Source: Hyphomicrobiales bacterium
GTDB taxonomy: Bacteria > Pseudomonadota > Alphaproteobacteria > Rhizobiales > CBDCVD01
Length of the DNA stretch: 64,000 bases
Reading direction: 5' to 3'
NCBI GenBank assembly: GCA_965222955.1
Contig: OZ244974.1
Span: 1,536,226 to 1,600,225 of the forward strand
Shown: positions 39,111-49,483 of the stretch, one piece after another
How positions within the stretch are numbered: position 1 is the first letter of the stretch
How the letters are laid out: each line of letters starts with the position of its first letter
Made by a program: the position numbers and the translations under genes
The notes under the pieces: generated by a model
The model's database searches: none
Told to the model about the DNA's origin: nothing
The model's input: only the letters and a program-made list of their open reading frames with translations

Positions 39111-40592
39111 ATGGCGCGCATCATCGACGAAGCAGCCAGGGACGTGGCGTTGACCTTTGACGATGTATTGCTTAAACCGCGCGCTTCGTCGGTGTTGCCG
39201 TCGCAAGCCGATCTGCGCAGCCGCCTGACGTCAACCCTGCCCCTAAACCTGCCCATCCTGTCCGCCGCCATGGATACGGTCACCGAAGCCCCCATGGCAA
39301 TTGCCATGGCGCAGGCGGGCGGCATTGGCGTCATCCACCGCAACTGGAGTATCAGGGAACAGGCGGATGCGGTGCGGCAGGTCAAGAAGTTCGAATCCGG
39401 CATGGTGGTCAACCCCCTGACCATCGCCCCCGACGCGCCTCTTAGCGAGGCCCTGGCGTTGATGGATCGGCACGGTATTTCCGGTATTCCTGTGGTCGAG
39501 CGCGACCATCGCCTCGTGGGCGTCCTGACGAACCGCGATGTGCGCTTTGCCGCTGATACGCAAATCCCCGTTGCGCAACTAATGACCGCAGACGGTCTGG
39601 TGACGGTGCGCGAACACGTTGGACAGGACGAGGCGCGGCGACTGTTGCACCAGTATCGTATTGAAAAGCTGCTGGTTGTTGACGGGCAGGGGCGCTGCGT
39701 CGGGCTGATTACGGTCAAGGATATGGAAAAGGCGCAACAGCACCCCCACGCGGCCAAGGACAGCCGCGGGCAGCTTTGCGTTGCCGCCGCCTCAAGTGTC
39801 GGCGAGAAGGGGCTGGAGCGTACCCGCGCGCTCATCGCGGCGGGGGCCGATTGTATCGTCATCGATACCGCCCACGGGCATTCGCAGCAGGTGATCGAGG
39901 CCATCGGCGCCACCAAGCGGCTCTCCAATGCGGTGCAGGTGATCGCTGGCAATGTGGCGACCGGCGAGGGCACACGGGCGGTCATCGATGCCGGCGCCGA
40001 TGCGGTTAAAGTGGGGATCGGTCCCGGTTCCATCTGTACAACGCGCATGATCGCGGGTGTTGGCGTGCCGCAGCTATCGGCTATTCTTGCCGCAGTCGAT
40101 GCGGCGCAAGCGAGCGATACCCCCGTTATCGCCGATGGCGGCATGAAATTCTCCGGCGATATTGCCAAGGCGCTGGCGGCGGGCGCCTCGTGTGTCATGG
40201 TCGGCTCGCTTCTTGCGGGCACCGATGAAAGCCCGGGCGAAGTGTATCTCTATCGCGGCCGTTCCTACAAGGCCTATCGCGGCATGGGGTCGGTTGCCGC
40301 CATGGCGCGTGGCTCGGCCGATCGCTACTTTCAGGCCGATGTCAACGAAGACCTTAAACTTGTACCCGAGGGTATCGAGGGCCAGGTCGCCTACAAGGGA
40401 CCCGTCGCGGCCATATTGCACCAGTTGCAGGGGGGCGTGCGCGCCGCCATGGGCTATGTGGGAGCACAAACCCTGAGGCAGTTTCGCCAGCGCGCCGAGT
40501 TCGTGCGTATCACCCCCGCGGCGTTGCGCGAAAGCCATGTCCATGACGTCACAATTACCCGCGAGAGTCCCAATTATCCGGGTGGCGCGTAA
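39111..40592 (+). CDS. guaB: IMP dehydrogenase
   Basis: It has a CBS pair inside a TIM barrel and the motif …[11 protein letters not shown]…; the protein is 493 aa. Confidence 0.95.
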   Translation: MARIIDEAARDVALTFDDVLLKPRASSVLPSQADLRSRLTSTLPLNLPILSAAMDTVTEAPMAIAMAQAGGIGVIHRNWSIREQADAVRQVKKFESGMVVNPLTIAPDAPLSEALALMDRHGISGIPVVERDHRLVGVLTNRDVRFAADTQIPVAQLMTADGLVTVREHVGQDEARRLLHQYRIEKLLVVDGQGRCVGLITVKDMEKAQQHPHAAKDSRGQLCVAAASSVGEKGLERTRALIAAGADCIVIDTAHGHSQQVIEAIGATKRLSNAVQVIAGNVATGEGTRAVIDAGADAVKVGIGPGSICTTRMIAGVGVPQLSAILAAVDAAQASDTPVIADGGMKFSGDIAKALAAGASCVMVGSLLAGTDESPGEVYLYRGRSYKAYRGMGSVAAMARGSADRYFQADVNEDLKLVPEGIEGQVAYKGPVAAILHQLQGGVRAAMGYVGAQTLRQFRQRAEFVRITPAALRESHVHDVTITRESPNYPGGA

Positions 40593-40608
40593 GGTGCCCG
40601 TTGCCGCG

Positions 40609-41964
40609 ATGCGGAAACGGGCCGAGAGACACGGTATGAAAGCAAACGGGCGCGTGGCGGCGGCAATTGAAGTCCTGGCTTATCTGAACGAGCGGCACGA
40701 TCCGGCGAGCGTTGCCCTTGGCGCGTGGGGGCGGGCCCATCGCTATGCGGGATCGGCGGACCGGGCGGCGATTGGCAACCTTGTTTATGATACGCTGCGC
40801 AACCAAAGCGCTGCCGCACAGCACATGGAGGACGATAGCCCCCGCGCGTGCGTTCTGGGAACGCTTTTGCAGGTCTGGGAACTGGACGGGCAGGGGATCG
40901 AGGCGCTGTTTGACGGGGGGCGATACGCGCCCGCTGCCTTGAGCGTACACGAGCGTCGATGTATTGAGCGCCCCGTATCTGCCGGACAGGTGCCGGCGGA
41001 CCCGGTTGCGGCGAATATCCCCCCCTGGCTATGGCCTTCCTTCAGGCGCGCCTTTGGCGAGACAGCGGGGCGGCAGGGGCAGGCGCTGGCGCAGCGGGCG
41101 CCTGTGGACCTCCGGGTCAATACCCTGAAGGCCGACCGGCAGCGGCTTATGGGTGCGCTGGCGCGCTTTTCGCCTGTACGGACGCCCTTGTCGCCTCTGG
41201 GGGTGCGCTTTGCCCCCGCATCGGGCTGGCGCCGGCCGCCGGCGATTGCGCCGGAGCCGGCTCTGAAACGGGGCTGGGCACAGGTGCAGGACGAGGGCTC
41301 GCAATTGGCCGCGCTGTTGTGCGATGCGCGATCCGGCCAGCAGGTGTTCGATTACTGTGCCGGTGCCGGCGGCAAGACCCTCGCCCTTGCCGCCATGATG
41401 GAGAATCGCGGCCAGATCTTTGCAGCGGATGTGGATCGACATCGTTTGGCGGCTATCTTTGAGCGTTTGCGTGTGGCTGCCACCCGCAACGTGCAGGTTC
41501 TCGCCGTCGGTGATGGGGCCTCGCGGCGTTCATTGCGCGCGAGAATGGATATTGTGGTGGCGGATGTGCCCTGTTCGGGCTCGGGTGCGTGGCGGCGGAA
41601 TCCTCAGGGCAAGTGGCGGCTGCGGCCGGAGCATTTAAAGCAGCGCCTTAAGGAACAGCAGGAGATACTTGATAACGCATGTCTTTACGTAAAGACCGAT
41701 GGCGTCTTGCTATATATCACCTGCTCGCTACTATGCGAGGAAAACGAAGATCAGATCAGCGCTTTTTTAGCCCGCCGGAATGACTTTGAACTACAATCCC
41801 TTCGCCAGCGATGGCAGGCCGTATGTCCAGAAACCCCGATGCCCTGTAGCGAACAGATGCCTGCTGCTATTCGTCTGTCGCCCTGGCAAACCCACACCGA
41901 CGGTTTTTTTATCGCCAGTCTGCGCCGTCGCCGCGCCGGGGTAGAACAACATCGGGGGACATAA
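40609..41964 (+). CDS. RsmB/NOP-family SAM-dependent RNA m5C methyltransferase
   Basis: It contains …[10 protein letters not shown]…, …[14 protein letters not shown]… and …LLYITCSL… The start is either ATG 40609 or 40636. The ORF-track start at 40537 overlaps guaB. Confidence 0.75.
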   Translation: MRKRAERHGMKANGRVAAAIEVLAYLNERHDPASVALGAWGRAHRYAGSADRAAIGNLVYDTLRNQSAAAQHMEDDSPRACVLGTLLQVWELDGQGIEALFDGGRYAPAALSVHERRCIERPVSAGQVPADPVAANIPPWLWPSFRRAFGETAGRQGQALAQRAPVDLRVNTLKADRQRLMGALARFSPVRTPLSPLGVRFAPASGWRRPPAIAPEPALKRGWAQVQDEGSQLAALLCDARSGQQVFDYCAGAGGKTLALAAMMENRGQIFAADVDRHRLAAIFERLRVAATRNVQVLAVGDGASRRSLRARMDIVVADVPCSGSGAWRRNPQGKWRLRPEHLKQRLKEQQEILDNACLYVKTDGVLLYITCSLLCEENEDQISAFLARRNDFELQSLRQRWQAVCPETPMPCSEQMPAAIRLSPWQTHTDGFFIASLRRRRAGVEQHRGT

Positions 41965-41974
41965 GCGGGACACC

Positions 41975-43519
41975 ATGGATACAATTCTGATTGTTGATTT
42001 CGGCTCCCAGGTAACGCAGCTTATCGCCCGCCGGGTGCGCGAGGCGGGGGTGTACTGCGAAATCCATCCCGTTCAAAAGGCCCGGGCGGCGTTTGCGGCT
42101 TTACAGCCAAAGGGGCTAATTCTCTCGGGCAGTCCGGCCAGCGTTGTCGATGGGCAGAGCCCGCGCGTCCCCGCCGTGTTTTTCGAATCGGGTCTGCCGG
42201 TCCTTGGCATCTGCTACGGGGAGCAATTGTTGTGCGCGCAGTTGGGCGGCACGGTTGCCGCCGGCGGACAGCGCGAATTCGGCCGCGCCGAAGTGGAAGT
42301 GATCGCTCCCTGTCGACTGTTTGCAGGGGTATGGGAGCCAGGGGGGCGGTATCCGGTATGGATGAGCCATGGCGACGAGATCACGGCGCTTGGCCCCGGC
42401 TTCAGCGCGGTTGCGACGTCTGCCGAGGCGCCTTTTGCCGCCATCGCCGACGAGACGCGGCGCTATTACGGAGTTCAGTTTCATCCAGAGGTCGTACATA
42501 CGCCGGACGGGGCGCGGTTGTTGGCCAACTTCGTGGGCCATATCGCCGGCTGTGCCGGCGACTGGACCATGGCTGCGTATCGCGCCGAGGCGGTGCAGCG
42601 TATTCGCGCGCAGGTGGGTGCGGGGCGGGTGATTTGCGGGCTGTCGGGGGGCGTTGATTCGGCGGTTGCGGCGCTTTTGCTACACGAAGCGATCGGTGAC
42701 CGGCTTCACTGTATTCTCGTTGATCACGGCCTGATGCGCGCGCGCGAGGCGCAGGATGTGGCGGAGTTGTTTCGTCATCACTATCGTATTCCCCTTGACG
42801 TGGTTGATGCCTCGCAGCGATTTTTGCAGGCGCTCGCGGGCGTTACCGATCCTGAGGCCAAGCGCAAGATAATCGGCGGATTGTTTGTCGAAGTATTCGA
42901 GGCACAGGCGCAGGCCTGTGAGGACGCGGATTTTTTGGCGCAGGGCACCTTATACCCGGATGTAATCGAGAGTGTCTCGTATACCGGCGGGCCCAGCGTT
43001 ACCATAAAGTCACACCACAATGTGGGGGGCTTGCCGGATCGCATGAAGCTGCAGCTTGTGGAGCCGTTGCGCGAGTTGTTCAAGGACGAGGTTCGCGCCC
43101 TTGGCCGCGAACTCGGTCTTGAGCGGGCGTTTCTGGATCGCCATCCGTTTCCCGGTCCCGGCCTGGCCATTCGCTGCCCTGGCGCAGTGACGGCGGAGAA
43201 ACTCGCTATTTTGCGCCAGGCGGATGACATCTATCTTGACGAGATCCGCAAAAGTGGTCTGTATGATGCCATTTGGCAGGCATTTGCCGTGCTGCTTCCG
43301 GTGCGCAGTGTTGGCGTGATGGGGGATGCGCGCACCTATGACTATGTGTGTGCCTTGCGCGCGGTAACCGCAACGGATGGTATGACGGCCGATTTTTATC
43401 CCTTTGAGGCGGACTTTCTGGCGCGCACGGCAACAAGAATTGTTAACGAGGTGGCGGGCATTAATCGCGTTGTTTATGATATTACCGCCAAGCCGCCTGG
43501 CACCATTGAGTGGGAGTGA
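41975..43519 (+). CDS. guaA: GMP synthase (glutamine-hydrolysing)
   Basis: It has a GATase domain (…LGICYGEQL…) and an ATP-PPase domain (…[10 protein letters not shown]…), and ends …KPPGTIEWE. Confidence 0.95.
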   Translation: MDTILIVDFGSQVTQLIARRVREAGVYCEIHPVQKARAAFAALQPKGLILSGSPASVVDGQSPRVPAVFFESGLPVLGICYGEQLLCAQLGGTVAAGGQREFGRAEVEVIAPCRLFAGVWEPGGRYPVWMSHGDEITALGPGFSAVATSAEAPFAAIADETRRYYGVQFHPEVVHTPDGARLLANFVGHIAGCAGDWTMAAYRAEAVQRIRAQVGAGRVICGLSGGVDSAVAALLLHEAIGDRLHCILVDHGLMRAREAQDVAELFRHHYRIPLDVVDASQRFLQALAGVTDPEAKRKIIGGLFVEVFEAQAQACEDADFLAQGTLYPDVIESVSYTGGPSVTIKSHHNVGGLPDRMKLQLVEPLRELFKDEVRALGRELGLERAFLDRHPFPGPGLAIRCPGAVTAEKLAILRQADDIYLDEIRKSGLYDAIWQAFAVLLPVRSVGVMGDARTYDYVCALRAVTATDGMTADFYPFEADFLARTATRIVNEVAGINRVVYDITAKPPGTIEWE

Positions 43520-43651
43520 TCGGGGGCGTGGGTTTGCGTTTGTCATGACAACGGGGACACTCGGCTTGCGCCGTGGTTTCCCTACCGATTTCCCTATGGT
43601 ATCGTACCACGGGCGTAAGGTATTGAAAAAAATAAAGTATCCCGTTTTGTA

Positions 43652-43957
43652 TCAAAGCAGAACCAGTTGTTCTGTGCCTGTTTTTTCATGTTTTTTTCGT
43701 TTTCCGACGAGAATCACCATGCGCGCATATTGCTTGTCCGTGATCTGGAATACACGAACGCCACCCTCCTCAGGCACATTACCCCTTAGACGCTCAATAT
43801 GTTTGTCCACAGCCGCCTGACCGCGGCAAATGCGCGTATAGACAGAGAATTGCAGCATATCATACCCGTCTTTTTTCAGAAAGTTGCGGAATTGTGTCGC
43901 GGCACGGCGCTCGGCCTTACTGCCAACGGGCAGATCAAAGATAACAAACAGATACAT
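43652..43957 (-). CDS. cas2: CRISPR-associated endoribonuclease Cas2 (type II)
   Basis: The 101-aa protein reads MYLFVIFDLPVGSKAERRAATQFRNFLKKDGYDMLQFSVYTRIC..., a typical Cas2 ferredoxin-fold N-terminus. Its frame is intact. Confidence 0.85.
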   Translation of the reverse strand: MYLFVIFDLPVGSKAERRAATQFRNFLKKDGYDMLQFSVYTRICRGQAAVDKHIERLRGNVPEEGGVRVFQITDKQYARMVILVGKRKKHEKTGTEQLVLL

Positions 43958-43961
43958 ATAA

Positions 43962-44084
43962 TACTAACGGTCATAAAGAATGACCGTTATCGTTCAAACG
44001 CCACTAAGGCTTACGCGCCATAAGGCGCGGCGGCCGGTCGGCCTTGCCAACGGCTTTATGAGTCAACCACAAGAGCCGTTGGTA
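43962..44084. mobile_element. Family E MITE (123 bp) between the cas1 stop and cas2 start
   Basis: The ends are tactaacggtcataaagaatgaccgtta... and ...ccaacggctttatgagtcaaccacaagagccgttggta. It is flanked by TAA/TAA and starts 4 nt from the cas2 ATG. Confidence 0.8.
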
Positions 44085-44486
44085 TAACGCACCCTTTCGC
44101 CCGTCATGCTACCATGCCTGCGGGAAAAGCAGTTGCCCGCCTCTCTGCTGTTTTACGGCGCGGCGCAAACTGTCGGCGGTTCTCTCGCTCGCATTTAACA
44201 GGGAAAGCTGCTCTCGCTCCAACACGACATCTCTGAAAAGAACACCCGCCATTGCCCGGCGATCATCCTGCACAAGGGCATCGCCTTGCGCGGTACGGTC
44301 CTTGAGATATTCGATTGCATGCCAGTCCACCACCGCCCGATAGGGTTCAATTAAATCATCAACCAGATTGAAGGCGTTCAGATGCCCGTCGTGATGAAGA
44401 CCGACGCAAGGTAAAAAGCCGCATCCGACGACAGCCCGGGCAAGGGCCGCCCGGATACAGGCATACCCATAGTTTAGAGCGTGTCA

Positions 44487-44609
44487 TACTAACGGTCATA
44501 AAGAATGACCGTTATCGTTCAAACGCCACTAAGGCTTACGCGCCATAAGGCGCGGCGGCCAGTCGGCCTTGCCAACGGCTTAATGAGTCAACCATAAGAG
44601 CCGTTGGTA
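44487..44609. mobile_element. Family E MITE nested in the TIR of A7
   Basis: The junctions read gtgTCA|tactaacgg...ccgttggta|TCAggtc, so the 3-bp TCA is duplicated. It is near-identical to the copy at 43962-44084. Confidence 0.85.
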
Positions 44610-44664
44610 TCAGGTCTTAATAGAACCATTCTGACGGAGCGCTTTTGCGACAAGATGAACCTTA

Positions 44665-44765
44665 TACCAAGGGACTTTGCGTGTGACTCCTAACGCAGAT
44701 TAAAACCGTTGTCTTATCAGCACGATACACAAGTCAGCATGTACAAAGCGCCAATACCGCTGGTA
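44665..44765. mobile_element. Family B MITE nested in A7
   Basis: The junctions read aaccTTA|taccaaggg...ccgctggta|TTAagtctc, so the 3-bp TTA is duplicated relative to uninterrupted A copies. Confidence 0.85.
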
Positions 44766-45492
44766 TTAAGTCTCGCAGGATATAGTGGGGCTATTTTCAA
44801 GAGACTTAAGGTTCATCTTGGTGCAAAAGCGCCCGTCCCTTCGGGTTTCCGATTGGCGGACGCCCACGCCCAGGCCGCTCTCGAGAGATGGGTCGCCATC
44901 GCTCTTCGATCGCCTTGGGCGTGGTTCGCCTCGCCAATCGAGAAACAGAATTGCTTCTATTAAGACCTGACACGCTCTAGAAGCGCATTGCGCAGATCCC
45001 CGTCATCGGAACGTTGGAAACCGTCAAAAATCCGACTCCAATAGTAGCGCGCCGCCCGTGCCTCGACATTTTTGGGATCCCCCGATTGCACCCGCGAGGC
45101 CATGGCCGATAATACCGTCTCATCCCCGTGCTGCATTAAATGAAGATTTTCTGCCTGATTGCGGATTTTGGCTTTAACGATGTTTTTCCAGCAACGCTTT
45201 TTGAAAGGCTTGCTCAAAGCCAGTTGCTGGCGCGCCACTTCCGCCTGTGCATGATAGGTATGAAAGGAAAGGGCCAGCCCGCACGGATGGTGACGCTGGT
45301 CGGAAAAGACAATAGGCGTGCCGGCCTCCATACAGGCGGCAATCAGCCGCGCCGAGAGCGTGGCCTTGTTCGTATCAAGGATGATCCAGGCCGCATCTTC
45401 CAGGGGAAAGAACAAGGGCTCGGCTGCTGCATCCCCTTCAAGGTCGCAAACCCTGATACGGCCCTTGTCCAGCGACAAGGACGCCGCCCGGC

Positions 45493-48213
45493 TTATGTGC
45501 AGACCACGCCATGCCATGTACGCTTTTCCGATTTGATTTCACTTTTGCGACCAAGGCGGTCAACCTGAAATTTGCTGAACGAAAGAAGTGTCCGGCAACC
45601 GATACCACGGATCTGCCGTTGCCGGCTGACCTCCTCCGAGAGGGTAATGCTGGCGGTGGAACGGTCGACGCCGCGATAATAGCCCTGAATGATCTCGCCG
45701 TCTCTCTTCGCAACTTCCACCCAGGAAAACGGATAAAGGCTGAACCTGAATGAATACGTCTCGTTCATCTCAGGCCATTCTTTTTCTGTTTTCCCGGCTG
45801 TTGTCGCCTTGTTGGGCGGTTTGGGCCATTGCGCCCGATCGGCAATCTGATGAACATAGATCGGGACGATGTAGAACTTTCCGCTTTTTTCAAAAACATC
45901 AAGGCGAACGATGTTGCCGTTGTCCACATGGCCATTATTGACCTCAAAACCGGAGCGCTCGGTGGTTGGATTTTTTTCCGAGCGCACTGTCACTTTACGG
46001 ATCAAATGGCCGTTATTGCGCCGGGGCAGCTTGTCAGCCGGCGCTCCGGCGTCGAGCCAGTCGGACACTGCCCTGTAGACATCCTTATTGCGATCAGGAT
46101 CCTTTAACCTTTCAGGAGCGGCCCTGGTAATTTTTTCGATCGATTTACGCTCATAGATAATGCGCTTGCCATTCTCGATACGAGACTTTCTGATTGTAGC
46201 CTCGTGTCCTGCGCCGCGCCCGCGCCGGTTTTCACTACGTGCAACCGGTGCGGCGTCGCGGGCGGCAATCACATCTTCGGTAAAGCGCTCCCAGGGCTTG
46301 TCGACCTTGAGTTTTTTTATCGATTGCAGGCCTTTTTCCTCGCGCTCCTGAATGGCTTCGGTCAATTGTCGCAGTTGGCTTTCCGTGCAGACGGCCACGA
46401 TAATTGCATCGACCGCGTGATGGCGGTCATCTTCGATGCGTTTTTTCTTACCATCCTTGTCAGGCAGATATTTGAGCCGCTCAAGTCCCCATTTCTGCCT
46501 GAGTATTGCGATGATCTGGCCGGAACGGGCCCATATGCGCTTGCGCCGCCCGCCTTTCGCTTCTTCGGGCGTGTATATGCGCTCGATTTCCGTATGCGCC
46601 ACCCGTGCGGCGTAACGCATATCGTTCAAATTGCGTGCACTAAAGTTCTTTTTGCGATCGCTGAAATCCTTTATCGTTAAATTGCGGATTTTGAAGCCTT
46701 TTATCTTCTTGTTCTTGTGCATGTTCTTAACCCGCTGCTCAAACATATGCCATCGCTCGCGATTGTGGCCAAGCCATTCAAATGGCGTTTGGTCTTTCTT
46801 GTCGCGATTCTCCTTAACCCGGGCCAGGGCCTTGTTGTGCCAGGAATTGTCATAAGAACGGGAGAGGGGAAGAATATGGTCGATTTCTACCGCGTGTTCG
46901 CCGTCACACAGTTCATTGACGTCAATACACGTCGGCGGATGAGAGTACATACAATATTTATCCTGTTCTTTCCAAAGTTCGTAGCGCATTAGTTCTTGAT
47001 CCAAGCAATGTTCTTTATCGGTTAACTTGCAAAAATTCTTTCGTGCCTCGCGCCGGGCTTTTGTTCTCTTTTCGATACCCTTTCTAATTTCATCACGCGT
47101 TTTGGCGCCTTTGCCAACGTCACGGCCCGGTTCCAAATAAACCGCACCCGGCCGCTCACCCAAATGGTGTATCAGTGCCTTGACTTGTTTTAAGGTCTCC
47201 AGCACGGCGCGTTTGGCGACCGGATTGCTGATATTGGCAAGTTTGGCCTCATTTTGCCGAGTATGATCATAGCCGGCCTGTTTGCAGGCCTTGTCATAGG
47301 TCTTGCCCGCCACCAGACCGGGAAGAATATTGCGTGCCGCTTTTGTCGAAATATGTCCGGCCTTGGAAAATTTGGCAAACGCGCCTGTTTCAACACCCTC
47401 CATGAGTGCTGCCAACACCGCCGGCTCAAGTTCAAGGGTTTCAAGGCCCTGGCGGATACGTTCGATATCCTCGCGAAAGGTCAGCACGTGGGCAATCCGG
47501 TCAAGCTGCGCAGGGGTCTGTACTAGATGGTTCCAGGCGGCCTCACCGATCACCTTATAAAGCGTCGCAGAGCCAAAGGCGCTACCCTTGGAGGCGCGTG
47601 CCAAATCCTCGCCCGTGCTGTCATCACTTACACCAGCAAAGCTGGTATCCTTTGGCAACTTGCATAGCGAAATCAGTTTTTCCCGGGTGATCGATTTTGC
47701 ACCTTTGCCAAAGCCGGTGATCGCCATGGCCAACTCGTCGGGCGTCAAGCGCCGGCCCGAATAGGAGTCATCAACTATCCTGATATTGTTGAGTTTTGAT
47801 AGAAAACGGAACCGCTCAAAAGAATAGGCAAGGCTGCTTGCGCGTTTTTCTTCCGGCTCAAAGGGGCAATTGCCAAGCAGTATTTCCGAATCCTGCAAGG
47901 GTAATTGATCAAAGGCAAAACGGGCGTATTCCTCCTCCATCTCCCGCTCGGCATATTCTGATCCCAGGGCGCGCTGGCGCTTAAACAGTATTTTGACTTC
48001 GCTTTCATGCAAGCACCGAAAAAACGTATGAGAGTAATCCCCATGGCGATTGCGTTTTTTCCCGGCAAATTCCGGATCCCTGGCAAACATCTCGCCAACA
48101 GTGATGTATCTGGCCGCTTTCTCTTTGATCGACGCTGCGCCTTGCAGAACTTTTTTCTTTTCCGATGGCGCGTTGGAGGATTTGTCGGATCCTGTCGGGG
48201 ATACCTTTTCGAA
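45493..48213 (-). pseudogene. cas9: cas9 (type II-C), 5'-truncated; lacks RuvC-I and the bridge helix
   Basis: The open frame is 906 codons, with the first ATG at 48090 (865 aa). It aligns by eye to Neisseria-type Cas9 from ~residue 140 onward. Matching segments are GDYSHTF, RuvC-II (VYLEPGRDVGKG), HNH (VEIDHILPLSRSYDNSWHNKAL), RuvC-III (DDRHHAVDAIIVA) and the PI region (VRLDVFEKSGKFYIVPIYVHQIA). An in-frame TAA at 48214-48216 leaves only 109 nt before the next gene, so no room remains for the N-terminus. Confidence 0.88.
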
Positions 48214-48325
48214 TTAATACCGATTCAATCTGACACGCTCCAGCGCCTGGCCGGGTTCGGGTTTCGCTTTCCGGTCTAACTTGAGGCGGGCGGATTATCC
48301 ATTGTCCATGCGCCGGCCCTGGCGC

Positions 48326-49270
48326 TCACGGTCGCGTTCCAGGCGCAAATGCCCGGCCTTCCCCAGCCTGTTGATCGATTTCCATTTGCCCTGTCAACCA
48401 TGCCCGAAAGGCGTTTGCCGGCGCGTAATCACTCGCCTCGGCCGGGATCATCAGGTAGTAGGCGGATCGGGTGGGAAGTGGCTTGTCGAAGAGAACGACA
48501 AGTTCACCACGCTCAATCTCCCTGGCGATCAGAAAATTCGGCAGCAGCGCAATGCCAATACCGGCGGCGGCGGCCTGGGCTGCGGTGGAAAACTGCTCGA
48601 ATAACAGCCCCGGTCTTTCGGCCGCGCAGGCAAGATGGGCCGCAAACCAGGCGCGCCAGCTTTGCGGGCGACTGGCAAGGTGGAGGAGTGGCAGTTCGGC
48701 AAGATCCTCCAGGCGTTCGATTCTATGGCGCGCGATAAACGCCGGCGACGCAACGGGTACAGATTCCTCGCGCATCAGAAAGGTGGCTTCGGCTTGCGGC
48801 CAGTCGGGCCGTCCAAAGTGAATCGCCCCATGAACGCCTTCGCTGCTCAAATCAAAGGGCGATAGCCTGGTGACGAAGTGGACGGTGATCTCCGGGTTTT
48901 CCTCAAGAAAGGACGGAAAGCGTGGCATCAGCCAACGGGTGCCGAAGGTGGGCAGGATGGCGATATTGAGCTGCCCGGCCCGCGGGTTCATTCTGATGGC
49001 AAGGGATGCTGCCTGAATGCGCGATAGCGCCGGCTGAATTTCCCGGACATAGGCGTGGCCGGCTTCCGTTAAGGTGATTTTCCTGTTTGCCCGGTGAAAC
49101 AGGGCAACCCCCAACTGCTCCTCCAGCGCCCGCACCTGGCGGCTGATTGCCCCTTGCGTAAGGCTCAGCGCACGGGCTGCTGCGGTAAAGCTGCCGGTTC
49201 TTGCCGATACATCGAACGCGATCAACATACTGGTGCTTGGCAGAAACCGTCTCTGATAAGGTTCATCCAT
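48326..49270 (-). CDS. LysR-family transcriptional regulator
   Basis: It has an N-terminal HTH (LIAFDVSARTGSFTAAARALSLTQGAISRQVRALEEQLGVALFHR). It is divergent from the KamA-like gene. Confidence 0.85.
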   Translation of the reverse strand: MDEPYQRRFLPSTSMLIAFDVSARTGSFTAAARALSLTQGAISRQVRALEEQLGVALFHRANRKITLTEAGHAYVREIQPALSRIQAASLAIRMNPRAGQLNIAILPTFGTRWLMPRFPSFLEENPEITVHFVTRLSPFDLSSEGVHGAIHFGRPDWPQAEATFLMREESVPVASPAFIARHRIERLEDLAELPLLHLASRPQSWRAWFAAHLACAAERPGLLFEQFSTAAQAAAAGIGIALLPNFLIAREIERGELVVLFDKPLPTRSAYYLMIPAEASDYAPANAFRAWLTGQMEIDQQAGEGRAFAPGTRP

Positions 49271-49483
49271 TACATTTTGTACTGCATTGATGAGAAGAAT
49301 TCGTTTGTCTCAACGGCTTTCACAATAGACGATTGGCGGCGTTTCGGACAAGGCATATATACCTGAAAGAGCGCACTTTTGGGTTCACACAGGTATCCGA
49401 TGGTCGGCGTAATGTGCGATATCCGCAACACAGATGAGATCTGAAACGAGCGATATGCAGCCAGAAACAGGATAAATGGTAAT

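Larger units (their letters stand above)
44477..44977 (-). mobile_element. Family A MITE (copy 7) inside cas1, carrying nested E and B elements
   Basis: The TIRs are gagcgtgtca[E]ggtcttaatagaacc... and ...ttctattaagacctgacacgctc, with TA on both flanks. The A-proper length is ~271 bp after subtracting the two inserts. Confidence 0.88.
44109..45517 (-). pseudogene. cas1: cas1 (type II) split by a nested MITE insertion
   Basis: The N-terminal part (44978-45517) reads MAWRGLHISRAASLSLDKGRIRV...DLRNALL. The C-terminal part (44109-44476) reads NYGYACIRAALARAVVGCGFLPCVGLHHDGHLNAFNLVDDLIEPYRAVVDWH... Removing 44477-44977 plus one TA restores ...AAT GCG CTT CTA AAC TAT GGG... in frame. Confidence 0.88.

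Noticed and set aside
43520-43651. A leftover CRISPR repeat or tracrRNA in the cas2-guaA gap.
   Set aside because: I could find no sequence recurring with spacer-like spacing and no repeat/anti-repeat pair. The gap is too short for an array. I cannot exclude a single degenerate repeat without a reference repeat sequence.
43962-44084. The family E element as a tracrRNA or other CRISPR-associated RNA, because both copies lie within the cas operon.
   Set aside because: Both copies have terminal inverted repeats (TACTAACGG/CCGTTGGTA) and 3-bp duplications (TAA, TCA). One copy is inserted inside another MITE. This behaviour fits a transposable element.
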